A stretch of 59,426 nt of DNA, filler included, from Sphacelaria rigidula (GCA_964200075.2; 8 parts of 8 records of this genome joined end to end with filler, not necessarily neighbours in it), one strand, 5' to 3'; positions 12,276-23,868 are shown, counted from the whole stretch's first letter. The notes: a model not told the origin generated them from the letters alone. Made by a program: numbers and translations.

Positions 12276-13383
12276 AGCACTGACAGCGCTTGCACGACCG
12301 TGTCTCCTGAAGTGAGTACCTCTACAGGCGATACCAAGATAGGTACCGCGGAAAATGACATCATCCAGAGTGTACACACGTGGACAGATGGCACCCTGTG
12401 GGGCGCACTGTGCAGGGTCCATACAGGGTCCTCCACAGTCTTTGTGAAAAAACCCTGGCAGTGAAATGCAAAATCTGTACCCCTTGTAGCGTTTTGATAG
12501 GGTTTTTCCCAGGGTTGAATTTGCAGCCCTGTGTAGGCACGTCAGCAAAGCCCTGCACAGTCATGTGGTAGTGTTTTGGTGGAAAAGCCTCAAGTTTTCT
12601 TTTGAAAATTCCAAATATTTTGGTACAAAATCTGTAAATTAATATATCTTCAATAGCTTGCCCTCCTGTCCGAGGTAAATTCCTCTTCACCCGATTTGAA
12701 TCGAGCGAAAAGGAATTTATTTTGGACATCAGGACAAGCTCTTCAAACCAGATCCTTTTCTCGCCCAATTAGTTTCGGCATTTTTATTTATTTATTTAGA
12801 ACAGCAGAAGAAGCTATTCAAGATCGATCCTTTTTTCGCCCATTTTTGAGATGAGCGAAAAAAGGATCTATTTCGAACAGTTCCTTCTGCTGCGCAAATC
12901 CCATGCACACTGGCAGATTCGGAATTTGACCGGCAGAAGAAGCTCGAAATAAACATTTACTTTTCCCTCGAATTCATCTAGAGATTGGGGGAAAAGAGAT
13001 TTATGGCGAGCAGCGTCAGCTGCTGGGCAAATCCTGCATACTGCATCGTTACCAGCGCATGGGATCCGACACGCAGAAAAAGTTGCTGAAAGGTATTCAT
13101 CCTTTTGCCCCCCAGTCCATGTGTACATGAACTGAAGGATGAATAGCTCTCAACCGCTTCTGCTAAATAGAGATCCTACACGTTGGATACGTGTGTATGT
13201 CCACACCTGTGCTTCATCTAAAGCCCCTGGGAAGGTGGGAAGATGCCGAACAGCCCGCAGAAGAAGGCAAGACACAAACATTTACACGAAAAAAGGGCAC
13301 CCCCACTACGAAAGATCCGTATGAGACCGATTGGACTATATGAATAGTATATATGTGGACCATCACTCCGTATGTTTATCACC

Positions 13384-13542
13384 GCACACAAATCGAACAT
13401 CAATAAACGCACCCGCCCGCACAACAGTGTTATTATTCCGCCCAGCTTTACCACCACAACGCGATACACACAAAATCGAACATCAATGAACGCACCCGCC
13501 CGCAGAACAGTGTTATTATTCCGCCCAGCTATACCACCACAA
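13384..13542 (+). repeat. Tandem duplication of ~84 bp
   Basis: aaatcgaacatcaat.aacgcacccgcccgca.aacagtgttattattccgcccagct occurs twice. Confidence 0.85.
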
Positions 13543-14637
13543 CCCCGCAGCAAAGAGCACGGGTTGGGCACAGGGATATAGACCCATACACACTGCCTTG
13601 CGGGTGAATATGATGTATTTCTCGTTGGTGGAAACTTGAGCACCTACTTCTTTCATGGTCGCGACATCGCGCGGCGACGACATACGCGGGGTGCGTATAC
13701 AGGCGCGGGTGCGAGGAACAATAATCAACCGGCCGCCTATGTTATGCATATACACACTCACCATCATATGCATGCTGCGGATCGCGGACGCACCGCGATA
13801 TAACATACTGTAGTGCAGCATACAGGCCGCGCGTACGATATGCTGCACGTTGTTCAAGTCCTTTTCACGTCGCACTGTAGGTAGAGAACATACATATACA
13901 CATTGTCCTGCGCTGTCTGTACTGTATACTTTTCCCCTTCCCTTTCACGCCCTACTTACTGTGCTGCAGCAGCTGTGCGCGCAAATATATGATGTGGAAC
14001 GGGCGTGAAAAACTGGAGTTCGTGACGGTATATAACACCCGCCCCATATATCAAAATAAGCTGCAGGCATCTACATTGTATTCATAGCCAACTATCTGCA
14101 GTACGTGGCGCCGCACGTATAAGCACGGCGGGATAGCGCACTGTCCCGCATGCAATGGTATTGTACAGTCCAGTATAGTTTGTTGTTGTGAATATATATC
14201 TCGATTACGCAGTATGCGACAAGATCGATGTTTCAGTATCCCTGTATATTGTGTTAGTTTCGTCGACGCGGGACTACGGGGTTTTCATCAGGTGTATGCA
14301 TCTATTAGCGAGCTTGCGTGCAGTACATAGGACTTGACCAGCTAAAGCTGCTCGCGAGCAAGTTCTTTCTCCACCCAATCTGAGGTGTTCTTGGTGGTGT
14401 ACAAATTCCGTCTGCTTTATACAGTGTACATGGGATTATTTGTACAGCTGAAGCTCTCCGAAATGAATCCTTTTTCAACTATATTCCAAGTTTGGAATTA
14501 GGGTTTATTTCGAACAGCAGCGGCTGTCAAAATTTCAGATTTCCATTACACTTGTGCCTCTAAAAACAAATCGGGGGATCAGTGTTATTGACACGGAAAA
14601 GTCAGAAGTACAAAAATTTGATCAATCCCTAATGACT

Positions 14638-14706
14638 GCCACGCGTAGCTCCGTGTGAAAGACAATGACTGCTCAACGACGGAGGTCAGGGTTCGACTCC
14701 CGTCCA
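14638..14706 (+). repeat. tRNA-like sequence (SINE head or tRNA pseudogene)
   Basis: gtagctc.gtg A-box-like and GGTTCGACTCC B-box. No good acceptor stem. Confidence 0.4.
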
Positions 14707-14782
14707 ACCTGATCAGTTCTTTTTTCTGCCAGTACCTTGCACCCGCAGCTGCGTGTAACAGCCGATTTTCGAAAATGGGGTT

Positions 14783-14882
14783 NNNNNNNNNNNNNNNNNN
14801 NNNNNNNNNNNNNNNNNNNNNNNNNNTTAATTAATTAANNNNNNNNNNNNNNNNNNNNNNNNNNNNNNNNNNNNNNNNNNNN
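14783..14882. other. Artificial contig spacer
   Basis: N44-TTAATTAATTAA-N44. Confidence 0.99.
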
Positions 14883-17401
14883 CTCGCACTCAAACCACCA
14901 AGCGCGAAGCGCCGTGGTGTGTTTGGCGAGTCGCATGAAAGGTGAGCTGCATCCTGCAGAAAGTATTGGGCCCGAAGTCTACTGCTTATCTTGCATTTGG
15001 ATGACAGCCAACAATGAATTGCTTTATTATGGTATCGTCACTTCCAGAGACAGCCACGGCTTTTACACTGCCTCATGGGTGCCTAACCGGGACAGAGGGG
15101 GGCTTTTGGCTCCCGGTTTCGCCGCTCGATGACGACATCATTATGTACCATTTAACTGGTGAATGAGTACGCTATGCGTATCCTTTCAAATGGTTAATGG
15201 TCAGACGAACCATTTCCGAACCCTAGTGACTGGTCTCAGGTTGGAGAAGGCGTTGTTTCGGGGTTGAACATCATTGAAAGACAGAAACTTGTGTCGAAGA
15301 AACTGCCATTCCTTGTTTTGTCCGTGAACGACTTGTGTCGATAGGGCGCCAGTTGGTGGCAGCATTTCAGACGGTCCTGCTCACGGAAGCCGGTGTCATG
15401 TCGAAACAGCCCTGACCACAGTGCTCTGCTATGTCACTTGTAGTAGTCCCGGTTACGAAGAGTCACGGGTCTCCGATCGTTCATATTCCAGCCCCAAGAC
15501 AGTAACGTACTAGCACCACTTTCCGAGGAAGGTACGCTGCCGTCAACCTTCCGGGTTAAATGGTTCTACATGTTTTCGGCACAGGTGGCGGTCGGGGCCA
15601 CTGGTGCAGGGACAGTTCCCCATTATCATGCTACCCTATGTAGTCCCTGGCTGGTTACGCGTTTGGAGTGCAGTATAACTCACGATGCCCAAGGCAATCC
15701 ATATTATTATCGCCCGCAGTACGGGCCAGTCGCTGCGTATACACCCATAGTCACAAGCTGGACGTACTCGAGGTGATGAGCGGAAACACTCGCCACAATG
15801 TACTCGACGAAGGGAGAAGGCGAACCTGGAGGACGTACACAAAAATCGTAGGGTGGCATCTTCCAGAAGCGCATGGCAGCGCGCCATGATGGGATGTATC
15901 GGCGTATGCCGCCCACCTCGTGATAATCACCCGGCTGTTGTGGGCTAAAGACGCCAACCGTTGTATTACTGAGGGACATTGCGCACGTGGAACTGATGGT
16001 ACCAACTTGTATCATGTATGAGACGAGGAGCACCCATCGGAGTGGCCATTAGAGGGTGTTGGGCAAAACGTTTTCGCAACGGAAGAGTCAGAGTGGAATC
16101 ACTCCAGATTTGAAGCTTTTGGAAGTTGGAAGTGGACGCCGAATAGCTCATAGCGGAAGCTGATGGGACGTGTCTTGACGCTGATTTTTTTGTCGCAGTG
16201 ATCGGCCGCAGGTTGCTCGGCCATGTGCGATCGACCAGCATCCAGGTCGGGAATACCTGAGTTCAGCACAGCACTCACTGTACACTAAGAGGTGGGGTTT
16301 CTGTGTTGTACCGTACCCTGCGGCACCCTACCGTGCCGCACACTACGCCTCACTGCACTTTGACTACTTCACTGCACTACCGTGCATTACAGGGCACGTC
16401 AGTACTGTAGTGATGTTTATTGTGGAGTACAGGGAGAGCTGTACATACAGCGCAATGCATAGCCCTACAACAGTAAACTGCAGCACGGTGGAATACAACG
16501 ATACCGTACAGTCAGTTGTACAGTAGTGCAGTAGAACACGCAGCACTCCCAAACAACAAAGCCGCATGTGATGATTTTATGACATGTCACTCATAAGGGT
16601 GGTGCAAGACGTCATGGCCTCCAACGGAATGGCAATACAGTCAGGTGTAGTACTCCTTGTGCGCTGTAGGCCGCGAATCTTTCACACAGTCTTCTTCCAG
16701 CTGAGGTGGTCAAAAGTGGGGAACTGCATCCAAGGCAACGGAGTATACCCGCCGAGCATTCAAGTTCCACGCAACACAACCAAGCGAATGCTGGGACCAC
16801 GGCGGCGTCAGAGAGGTCCTCCGATTGCGATGCCAAGCGTCGCTACTTCAAAGCGAATGGTCCATTGTGATAAGCATGGCAGTAATAGTCAATGTCCCAC
16901 TTTGCTTGTTGGGGTATATTGAATGTGGACTGGTTGTGGCCGAAGGTTTCACGATCAAAGTCAAGCGCTGCTTCTACTGTACACTCGCCCCGCCGTGATG
17001 CAGAGACGGTAGCAGTCCTCCGTTTCTCACAAAAAATGACGTCGGTTCCTCTCTGCCTGTTAGAACCGCGGTTGGGTTGTAAGAACACCGCAGTTCACGA
17101 ATCCGTTTGTGACTAAAAAGCTGTGATAGCGGCCTATCCATTTTTTTTTTAACACGGCTTTTTGTTGAACGTGCTGATCAATTCTTTCAGGCTTTTGCTG
17201 TATTGGTCAGCTGATCAAAGCGCTCAGGGGTGTGGCGGTGTGGATTGTAGCAGCAGCAGGGCTCCCACGCCCTGTGTTGTGCTTTCAGTACCGCCGTGAA
17301 GGGGATGCTTACCCTGTGCCCGCAAGGATTTTTCGTCGAGGGCACAGCCTGGCGGGCAGCTAGAACGTGGAGTTTTACGCGCCACGCACGCTAGGGCTGG
17401 C

Positions 17402-19795
17402 ATGGTCGATGTGGAAAACAACATGTGCGGCGAGGAGGGCTCCCCCACAATGCCGTCATTCGGTGTAGCGGATAGCGGAGAGGCGGAGTTCCGCGCTGCA
17501 CACGCTCGGGCTGGCATGGTCGATGTAAAAAGCAAGAGGTGCGGCGAGGAGGGCTGCTCCACATGGCCGTCATTTGGTGTAGCAGGAAGCGGGAAGGTGG
17601 AGTTCTGCGCCAAGCACGCTCGGGCTGGCATGGTCGATGTGAAAAGCAAGAGGTGCGGCGAGGAGAGCTGCTCCACATCGCCGATATTCGGTGTAGCGGG
17701 TACCGGGAAGGGGGAGTTCTGCGCTAAGCACGCTCGGGCTGGCATGGTCGATGTGAGGAGCAAGTGGTGCGGCAAGGATGACTGTTCTAAAGTGCCGCTA
17801 TGCGGATTGGCGGGAAGCGGGGAGGGGGAGTTCTGCACCATGCACGCTCGGGTTGGCATGGTCTACGTGAAAAACAAGAGCTGCGGCGAGGAGGACTGCT
17901 CCACAAGGCCGTCACTCGGTGTAGCAGGAAGCGGGAAGGGGGAGTTCTGCGCCAAGCACGCTCGGGCTGGCATGGTATATGTGAAAAGGAAGACATGCGG
18001 CCAGGATGGTTGCTCTAAAGTGCCGCTATGCGGTGTAGCGGGAAGCGGGGAAGGGGAGTTCTGCGCCAAGCACGCTCGGGCTGGCATGGTCGATGTGAAA
18101 AGCAAGAGGTGCGGCGAGGAGGGCTGTTCCACAAGGCCGTCATTCGGTGTAGCAGGAAGCGGGAAGGTGGAGTTCTGTGCCAAGCACGCTCGGGCTGGCA
18201 TGGTATATGTGAAAAACAAGGGGTGCCGCGAGGAGGGCTGCTCGACATCGCCGTCATTCGGTGTAGCAGGAAGCAGGAAGGGGGAGTTCTGTGCCAAGCA
18301 CGCTCGGGCTGGCATGGTCGATGTAAGAAGCAAGAGGTGCGGCGAGGAGGGCTGCTCGACATCGTCGTCATTCGGTGTAGTGGGTAGCGGGAAGGTGGAG
18401 TTCTGCGCCAAGCACGCTCGGGCTGGCATGCTCCATGTGAAAGGCAAGAGGTGCGGCGAGGAGGGCTGCTCCACGTGGCCATCATTCGGTGTAGTGGGAA
18501 GCAGGAAGGTGGAGTTCTGTGCCAAGCACGCCCGGGTTGGCATGGTCGATGTGAGGAGCAAGAGGTGCGGCGAGGAGGGCTGCTCCACAAGGCCGTCATT
18601 CGGTGTAGCAGGAAGCGGGAAGGGGGAGTTCTGTGCCAAGCACGCTCGGGCTGGCATGGTAAATGTGAAGAACAAGAGGTGCGGCGAGGAGGGCTGCTCC
18701 ACAAGGCCGTCATTCGGTATAGCGGGAAGCGGGGAGGTAGAGTTCTGTGCCAAGCACGCTCGGGCTGGCATGCTCCATGTGAGAAGGAAGACATGCGGCG
18801 AGGAGGGCTGCTCGACATCGCCGTCATTCGGTGTAGTGGGAAGCGGGGAGGTGGAGTTCTGCGCCAAGCACGCTCTGGCTGGCATGCTCCATGTGAAGAG
18901 GAAGACATGCGGCGAGGAGGGCTGTCCCACAAGGCCGTCATTCGGTGTAGCGGGAAGCCGAAAGGTGGAGTTCTGTGCCAAGCACGCTCGGGCTGGCATC
19001 GTCGATGTGAAGAACAAGAGGTGCGGCGAGGATGACTGCTCCACATGGCCATCAATCGGTGTAGCGGGAAGCGGGGAGGTAGAGTTCTGCGCCAAGCACG
19101 CTCGGGCTGGCATGCTTCATGTGAAGAGGAAGACATGCGGCGAGGAGGGCTGCTCGACATCGCCGTCATTCGGTGTAGTGGGAAGCGGGGAGGGGGAGTT
19201 CTGCGCCAAGCACGCTCGGGCTGGCATGCTCCATGTGAAGAGGAAGACATGCGGCGAGGAGGGCTGTCCCACAAGGCCGTCATTCGGTGTAGCGGGAAGC
19301 CGAAAGGTGGAGTTCTGTGCCAAGCACGCTCGGGCTGGCATGGTCGACGTAATCCACAAGAGGTGCGGCGAGGAGGGCTGCTCCAAATGGCCATCAATCG
19401 GTGTAGCGGGTAGCGGGAAGGGGGTGTTCTGCGCCGAGCACGCTCGGGCTGGCATGGTCGGTGTGAGGAGCAAGAGATGCGGCGAGGAGGGCTGCTCCAC
19501 ATGGCCGTCATTCGGTGTAGCGGGAAGCGGGAAGGGGGAGTTCTGTGCCAAGCACGCTCGGGTTGGCATGGTCGATGTGAGGCGCAAGAGGTGCGGCGAG
19601 GAGGGCTGCTCCAAATGGCTATCATTCGGTGTAGCGGAAAGCGGGAAGGGGGAGTTCTGCGCCAAGCACGCTCGGGCTGACATGATCGGTGTGAAGAACA
19701 AGAGGTGCAGCGAGGAGGGCTGCTCGACATCGCCGTCATTCGGTGTAGTGGGAAGCGGGAAGGTGGAGTTCTGCGCCAGACACACCCGGGCTGGC
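17402..19795 (+). repeat. Coding tandem array of 21 x 114 bp
   Basis: Exact 114-bp periodicity with no indels. Confidence 0.97.
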
Positions 19796-20359
19796 ATGGT
19801 ATGTGTAAGGACAACCACGCGCGGCACGCAGGGTAGTAAAAAGCCCAGCCATCCGTTCGGTGCCGATCGTAGCGCGAGCGACGGTGGTCCCAGCGCCGAG
19901 ATCCGTCCTTGTTCGTGCGCCACTCGTGCTAGTCGAGGCGGTGTAGACTCCATAACCTTGCCGCCGGCCGCCCCGGGACACTTTGCAGGCGCTGTGGCAG
20001 CAGATGGGGTCTCGTCGGAGAGGGCAGCGGGGTCCATGAAAGTGAAAATGGAGATGACTCTCCCGGTCGCGCTTCTTCGTGAAGGGATAACGAGCAACGA
20101 ACTGGCTGCTGCACGATCCAGCATTTATGGTAGAATGATCAAACGCAAGTTTAGCAAGATCAAAGACGCGGGCAGCGGTAGCAGCATACCTAGTGGAAGG
20201 AGAAGCGCCAGGCGGCTCTGTGAGGTTGCGCCGGTGGAAGTGGCATTTGGTGTGGCAACGGCGGCTGATGCGATGTCTGTAGAGGAGGTCGACGACGTGA
20301 AATTGGAGTTGGAGGTGTCTGCGCCTTCTGGTCACGTGTCCGCGGTGGTATCCAGCTGA
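17402..20359 (+). CDS. EsV-1-7-type cysteine-repeat protein: 21 x 38-aa C-x4-C-x16-C-x2-H repeats plus ~187-aa tail
   Basis: Uninterrupted 985-aa ORF. Consensus MVDVKSKRCGEEGCSTxPSFGVAGSGKVEFCAKHARAG matches the EsV-1-7 repeat of Ectocarpus and its phaeovirus. The true start may lie in an upstream exon (possible acceptor ttctttcag at 17190). Confidence 0.9.
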   Translation: MVDVENNMCGEEGSPTMPSFGVADSGEAEFRAAHARAGMVDVKSKRCGEEGCSTWPSFGVAGSGKVEFCAKHARAGMVDVKSKRCGEESCSTSPIFGVAGTGKGEFCAKHARAGMVDVRSKWCGKDDCSKVPLCGLAGSGEGEFCTMHARVGMVYVKNKSCGEEDCSTRPSLGVAGSGKGEFCAKHARAGMVYVKRKTCGQDGCSKVPLCGVAGSGEGEFCAKHARAGMVDVKSKRCGEEGCSTRPSFGVAGSGKVEFCAKHARAGMVYVKNKGCREEGCSTSPSFGVAGSRKGEFCAKHARAGMVDVRSKRCGEEGCSTSSSFGVVGSGKVEFCAKHARAGMLHVKGKRCGEEGCSTWPSFGVVGSRKVEFCAKHARVGMVDVRSKRCGEEGCSTRPSFGVAGSGKGEFCAKHARAGMVNVKNKRCGEEGCSTRPSFGIAGSGEVEFCAKHARAGMLHVRRKTCGEEGCSTSPSFGVVGSGEVEFCAKHALAGMLHVKRKTCGEEGCPTRPSFGVAGSRKVEFCAKHARAGIVDVKNKRCGEDDCSTWPSIGVAGSGEVEFCAKHARAGMLHVKRKTCGEEGCSTSPSFGVVGSGEGEFCAKHARAGMLHVKRKTCGEEGCPTRPSFGVAGSRKVEFCAKHARAGMVDVIHKRCGEEGCSKWPSIGVAGSGKGVFCAEHARAGMVGVRSKRCGEEGCSTWPSFGVAGSGKGEFCAKHARVGMVDVRRKRCGEEGCSKWLSFGVAESGKGEFCAKHARADMIGVKNKRCSEEGCSTSPSFGVVGSGKVEFCARHTRAGMVCVRTTTRGTQGSKKPSHPFGADRSASDGGPSAEIRPCSCATRASRGGVDSITLPPAAPGHFAGAVAADGVSSERAAGSMKVKMEMTLPVALLREGITSNELAAARSSIYGRMIKRKFSKIKDAGSGSSIPSGRRSARRLCEVAPVEVAFGVATAADAMSVEEVDDVKLELEVSAPSGHVSAVVSS

Positions 20360-21461
20360 CGAAATAAGTAGCTTGATGAGTCCATCTGTGCGCATTTCAC
20401 CAACTGACGTCAGCTTGGTGCTGTTGGGCGACATTTCGTCGTGGTTGTGCCGGTTTATACCACGATGCATATACGTTTGTGTTAGTCCGGGCTGTGTGGT
20501 GCTGCTCTGTCGAGTGACGGATGGGGGAAACGAGGACGCCGACTAATCGCTCACACATCATTGTGTAATGAGAGGTTTTGTTCTATGCAGTATCCTCGTC
20601 CTTCCCACCTTGTTCCTCGTCCTTCAAAGCTCATCGGGCTTGTTTGTTCTAGCACCCGCATCGTTTTTGCCCGTCCTTGTGCAGGAATGGTGCCGTCGTA
20701 GCCATTTGCGCTGCTCGCAGGACTATCCCGTTCTTCGCAATACACATTGCTGGGCTCTTGATGTTTCTGATGGCAGAAGTACCCATCGGCAAGATATTGT
20801 GTCAAGCACTTGACAACGTCGACATGGACAAGTCACATACCGCGTGATCCCTGACTCTCGCGTATAAGACGTCATGATGTCACGCGAAGTAGCTTCGTCT
20901 GTATGCAAGTCAAAACCTCATATTCGCGATCACGTTTAGGCGGATACTTCGAGCACCCGTCCTCGCGTACCACCTGATGGAAGCCAAACCTTCCGGGCGC
21001 CCTAAAGTTGAATGAACGCCAACACGACAATGGGGTAGCTGTCAACTCCCCTCGAAGTCAACATGTTTGAAACCACAGAACCGCAAGTTGAACTCAACAG
21101 CACATAGTGCAAGCGGCAATCTAGCTGGATTCCCGCTGCCTGTGGGCTTCCCGCCTCCAGTAGTGTATATCGCTTGAATCACATTCCAATTCCAATTCCA
21201 ATACCAATACCAATTTCAATTTCAATTTCACAAAGTGAAGTTGGTTTCTGCTGTGGGTAAAAGTTCGACTAGGAGGTTTTTTGCAACTCCGTTTTTGCGT
21301 CCTGATTCTTGCGCTATTTTTTTCGTGTGGGGATTCTTGCAATCGGACTTTTGCGATAGTATTTTTGCTATTTTTTCCAGTCTAAATCCCTTGCAGGCTG
21401 GTTTGCGCATACCACCCAAAATGACACTCATCGGCAAAACATCACGGCGTGTTAAGGAGTT

Positions 21462-21690
21462 AGATCCTGAAATTTTGTACGAATGTTCTATGGGTTATTA
21501 CGCAACTCTGCAGGAATGTTTTTTTATTTTTACTTTACTTTTTTCACCGTTTTTCGGGGGTCGCAATTTTTGGGGGGAAACCTCGACCCAATCCGACCCC
21601 CGTGAAACGGGAAAATGAAATGTAAAAAAACACCATTCCTGCGAAGTTGCGTAATGCCCCATAAAACATTCGTTCAAAATTTCAGGGTCT
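21462..21690. repeat. Foldback inverted repeat of a dispersed family
   Basis: gatcctgaaattttgtacgaatgtt..ttacgcaact pairs with agttgcgtaa..aacattcgttcaaaatttcagggtc. Related arms at ~21960-22090 and 23870-24100. Confidence 0.7.
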
Positions 21691-22223
21691 AAATCCTGAA
21701 AACGGCGTGAAGTTTTGGCCTTTGTGCGATGAAGTTTGCCGTACCGCGGTGAAACCGTGAACCACTCGATTTTAGTACCAAAACGGCGTTTTTGGGCCTT
21801 CTTTGACGTGAACATGAAGTTCGAGCATCAATTGATCGAGTTTTGCGACGAAAAGTTGTGGAGCCCATCCTTGGGTTATGCGGAGGCAGATAGTTGGCGA
21901 AAAAATGAAGGAAACTATCGTAGTGCCGTTTTTTTGGGGTCCCTGAATGGAGACTACTTCGAAAAGCGACTTCGATCCCGTCGAACCCCCGAAAAACGAT
22001 GAAAAACTCAAGAAGTACAGAAGACATCGTCCGTAGAAAGTTGCGTTATAATACATAGCATACTTCTGCGAAGTGTCAGGATCCAACTCCTCATGAAGCG
22101 TGAAAGTTTGCGCGTTTGTGGAGGACGTGGGCTTGAAACGTGCAACTCCTAACTACTTGGTTTTAGTATTCAAACGTCGTTTGGGGTGAATTTGACGTCA
22201 AGGCAAGAAACGCTGTATGAGGT

Positions 22224-22323
22224 NNNNNNNNNNNNNNNNNNNNNNNNNNNNNNNNNNNNNNNNNNNNTTAATTAATTAANNNNNNNNNNNNNNNNNNNNN
22301 NNNNNNNNNNNNNNNNNNNNNNN
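22224..22323. other. Artificial contig spacer
   Basis: N44-TTAATTAATTAA-N44. Confidence 0.99.
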
Positions 22324-22736
22324 ATCGTGTAAAAATACGCCGCCGGCGGGGCCCCCTCACCAGCCGGGGGGGAGCCGGTGGTCGCGGCTGCGCCGCGACA
22401 CCAATGTACTGATAGGACCAGTTAAACTGGTACTGGCGCGCAGCGCCAGTCCCCAACTCTACTACTTGAGCTAAAAAAACCAAATTGAGCTAAACTTTAC
22501 GCGCGCATACGGAACTAAAGCCTACTACGGGGTCGAGTTATACATACCCGAAAACGTGGTGTTTCCATTATGTGGGTTTTGGCGTCGTCGAATTCCCCCT
22601 CATGATACGCACGAAAAAGCGATGGAGCCGCGTGGCGACTTCCCTCATATCTGCCGTAGAAAAGGTCAGATCGAGGTTAGTTTACCACTTGCGAGGGTGG
22701 GAAATTTCTCGGAAATGTATCATTTCGAACAAACTA

Positions 22737-22776
22737 TAACCCTAACCCTAACCCTAACCCTAACCCTAACCCTAAC
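22737..22776. repeat. Interstitial telomere-type repeat (CCCTAA)6
   Basis: Directly visible. Confidence 0.9.
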
Positions 22777-23199
22777 GAAGGCACACCGAAAACCCTCGGG
22801 CAAGGGGGTGCAAAGTGTTCTCTAGGCAAAGTGTGCGCTGCCAGACCTCAAATCGGCGCCACAGGAGCCGATTTCGAGAATAACGCGTTCTGCGCACGGT
22901 GGGAGCACGCTTGGAGCACAGCCCCGATAAAGTTTCGGATTTCGCTGTCCACCCTAAAATCAAGTCAAAATGAAAATCAACCATAGCACCCTCCGAAGTG
23001 GCAATCTATACAGCTCAGATCACCCTCAAACTCGGCAGTTTCGTAGGAATTGATGTTACAAACGGATAAGTTGTATTCTTGACAAAATCTCAAAGTTTCT
23101 CCGTTCTCTACCGGCTTCCCGGTAGTCTCAGCTTGATGACCCCTGGAAGGCGGTACAGATTGCTTCGAAAAAAAAAAAAAAAGCATGCGTCCCGGAATA

Positions 23200-23664
23200 G
23201 GCTGCTTCTTATGTATAAAAAGATGAAAAATGTTGAAAAGTGCTTTTTTGGCCCTTCTCCGTCGTTCTTCCCCGAAAAGAGGGCTAGGCGGATGTTGACA
23301 CCTTGGAATGACTTGCTCTACTCGCTGAGGCCATTCCAGAGCACCTTTGCGTTTTACGTAGGTCACGGTTACGTTTTTGGCCAAACTTGCATTTTCAATA
23401 ACAAACGGCCAAGTTACCAGAAAAATGTCAGTTTCCCCCCTGTTTTTTTATAGCTCACCCGTTCGTAATTAAAAATGCAAGTTTGGCCATAAACGAAACT
23501 GTGACCTACGGTAAACGCAAAGGTGCTCTGGAACCGTCTCAGCGAGTAGAGTGATTCATTCCAAGGTGTCCACATCCGCCTAGCCCTCTTTTCGGGAGAA
23601 AAACGATTGAGATTGGCCAAAAATGCACTTTTCAAAAAGTTTCTTTCATACATATGAAGTAGCC
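23200..23664. repeat. Long inverted repeat with ~210-bp arms and a short spacer
   Basis: cccgaaaagagggctaggcggatg..acaccttggaatga pairs with tcattccaaggtgt..catccgcctagccctcttttcggg, and pairing extends both ways. Confidence 0.85.
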
Positions 23665-23868
23665 CAAGTGCAACGTTCGGTCGAGAAACTCGAAAACAGA
23701 ATAGAGTTTTTCTCGCATTCGCGTTAAATACAACCCAACAGAAAATTGCATACTAAAACCAAGTGGGCAGGAGTTTGCACGTTCAAGCTCACGTCATCAC
23801 ACAAACGCGCAAACCTTCACGACCTGTTCAGAAGTTGGACCCTGGAAATTTGCACAAATGTGCTACTG

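Noticed and set aside
17224-20124. Long antisense and alternate-frame ORFs (599, 416, 335, 211 aa) over the repeat gene
   Set aside because: They are shadows of a stop-poor 114-bp repeat and have no independent motifs.
14883-22223. Integrated phaeovirus segment
   Set aside because: No NCLDV core genes or dense viral gene packing. EsV-1-7 repeats are common in host genes.
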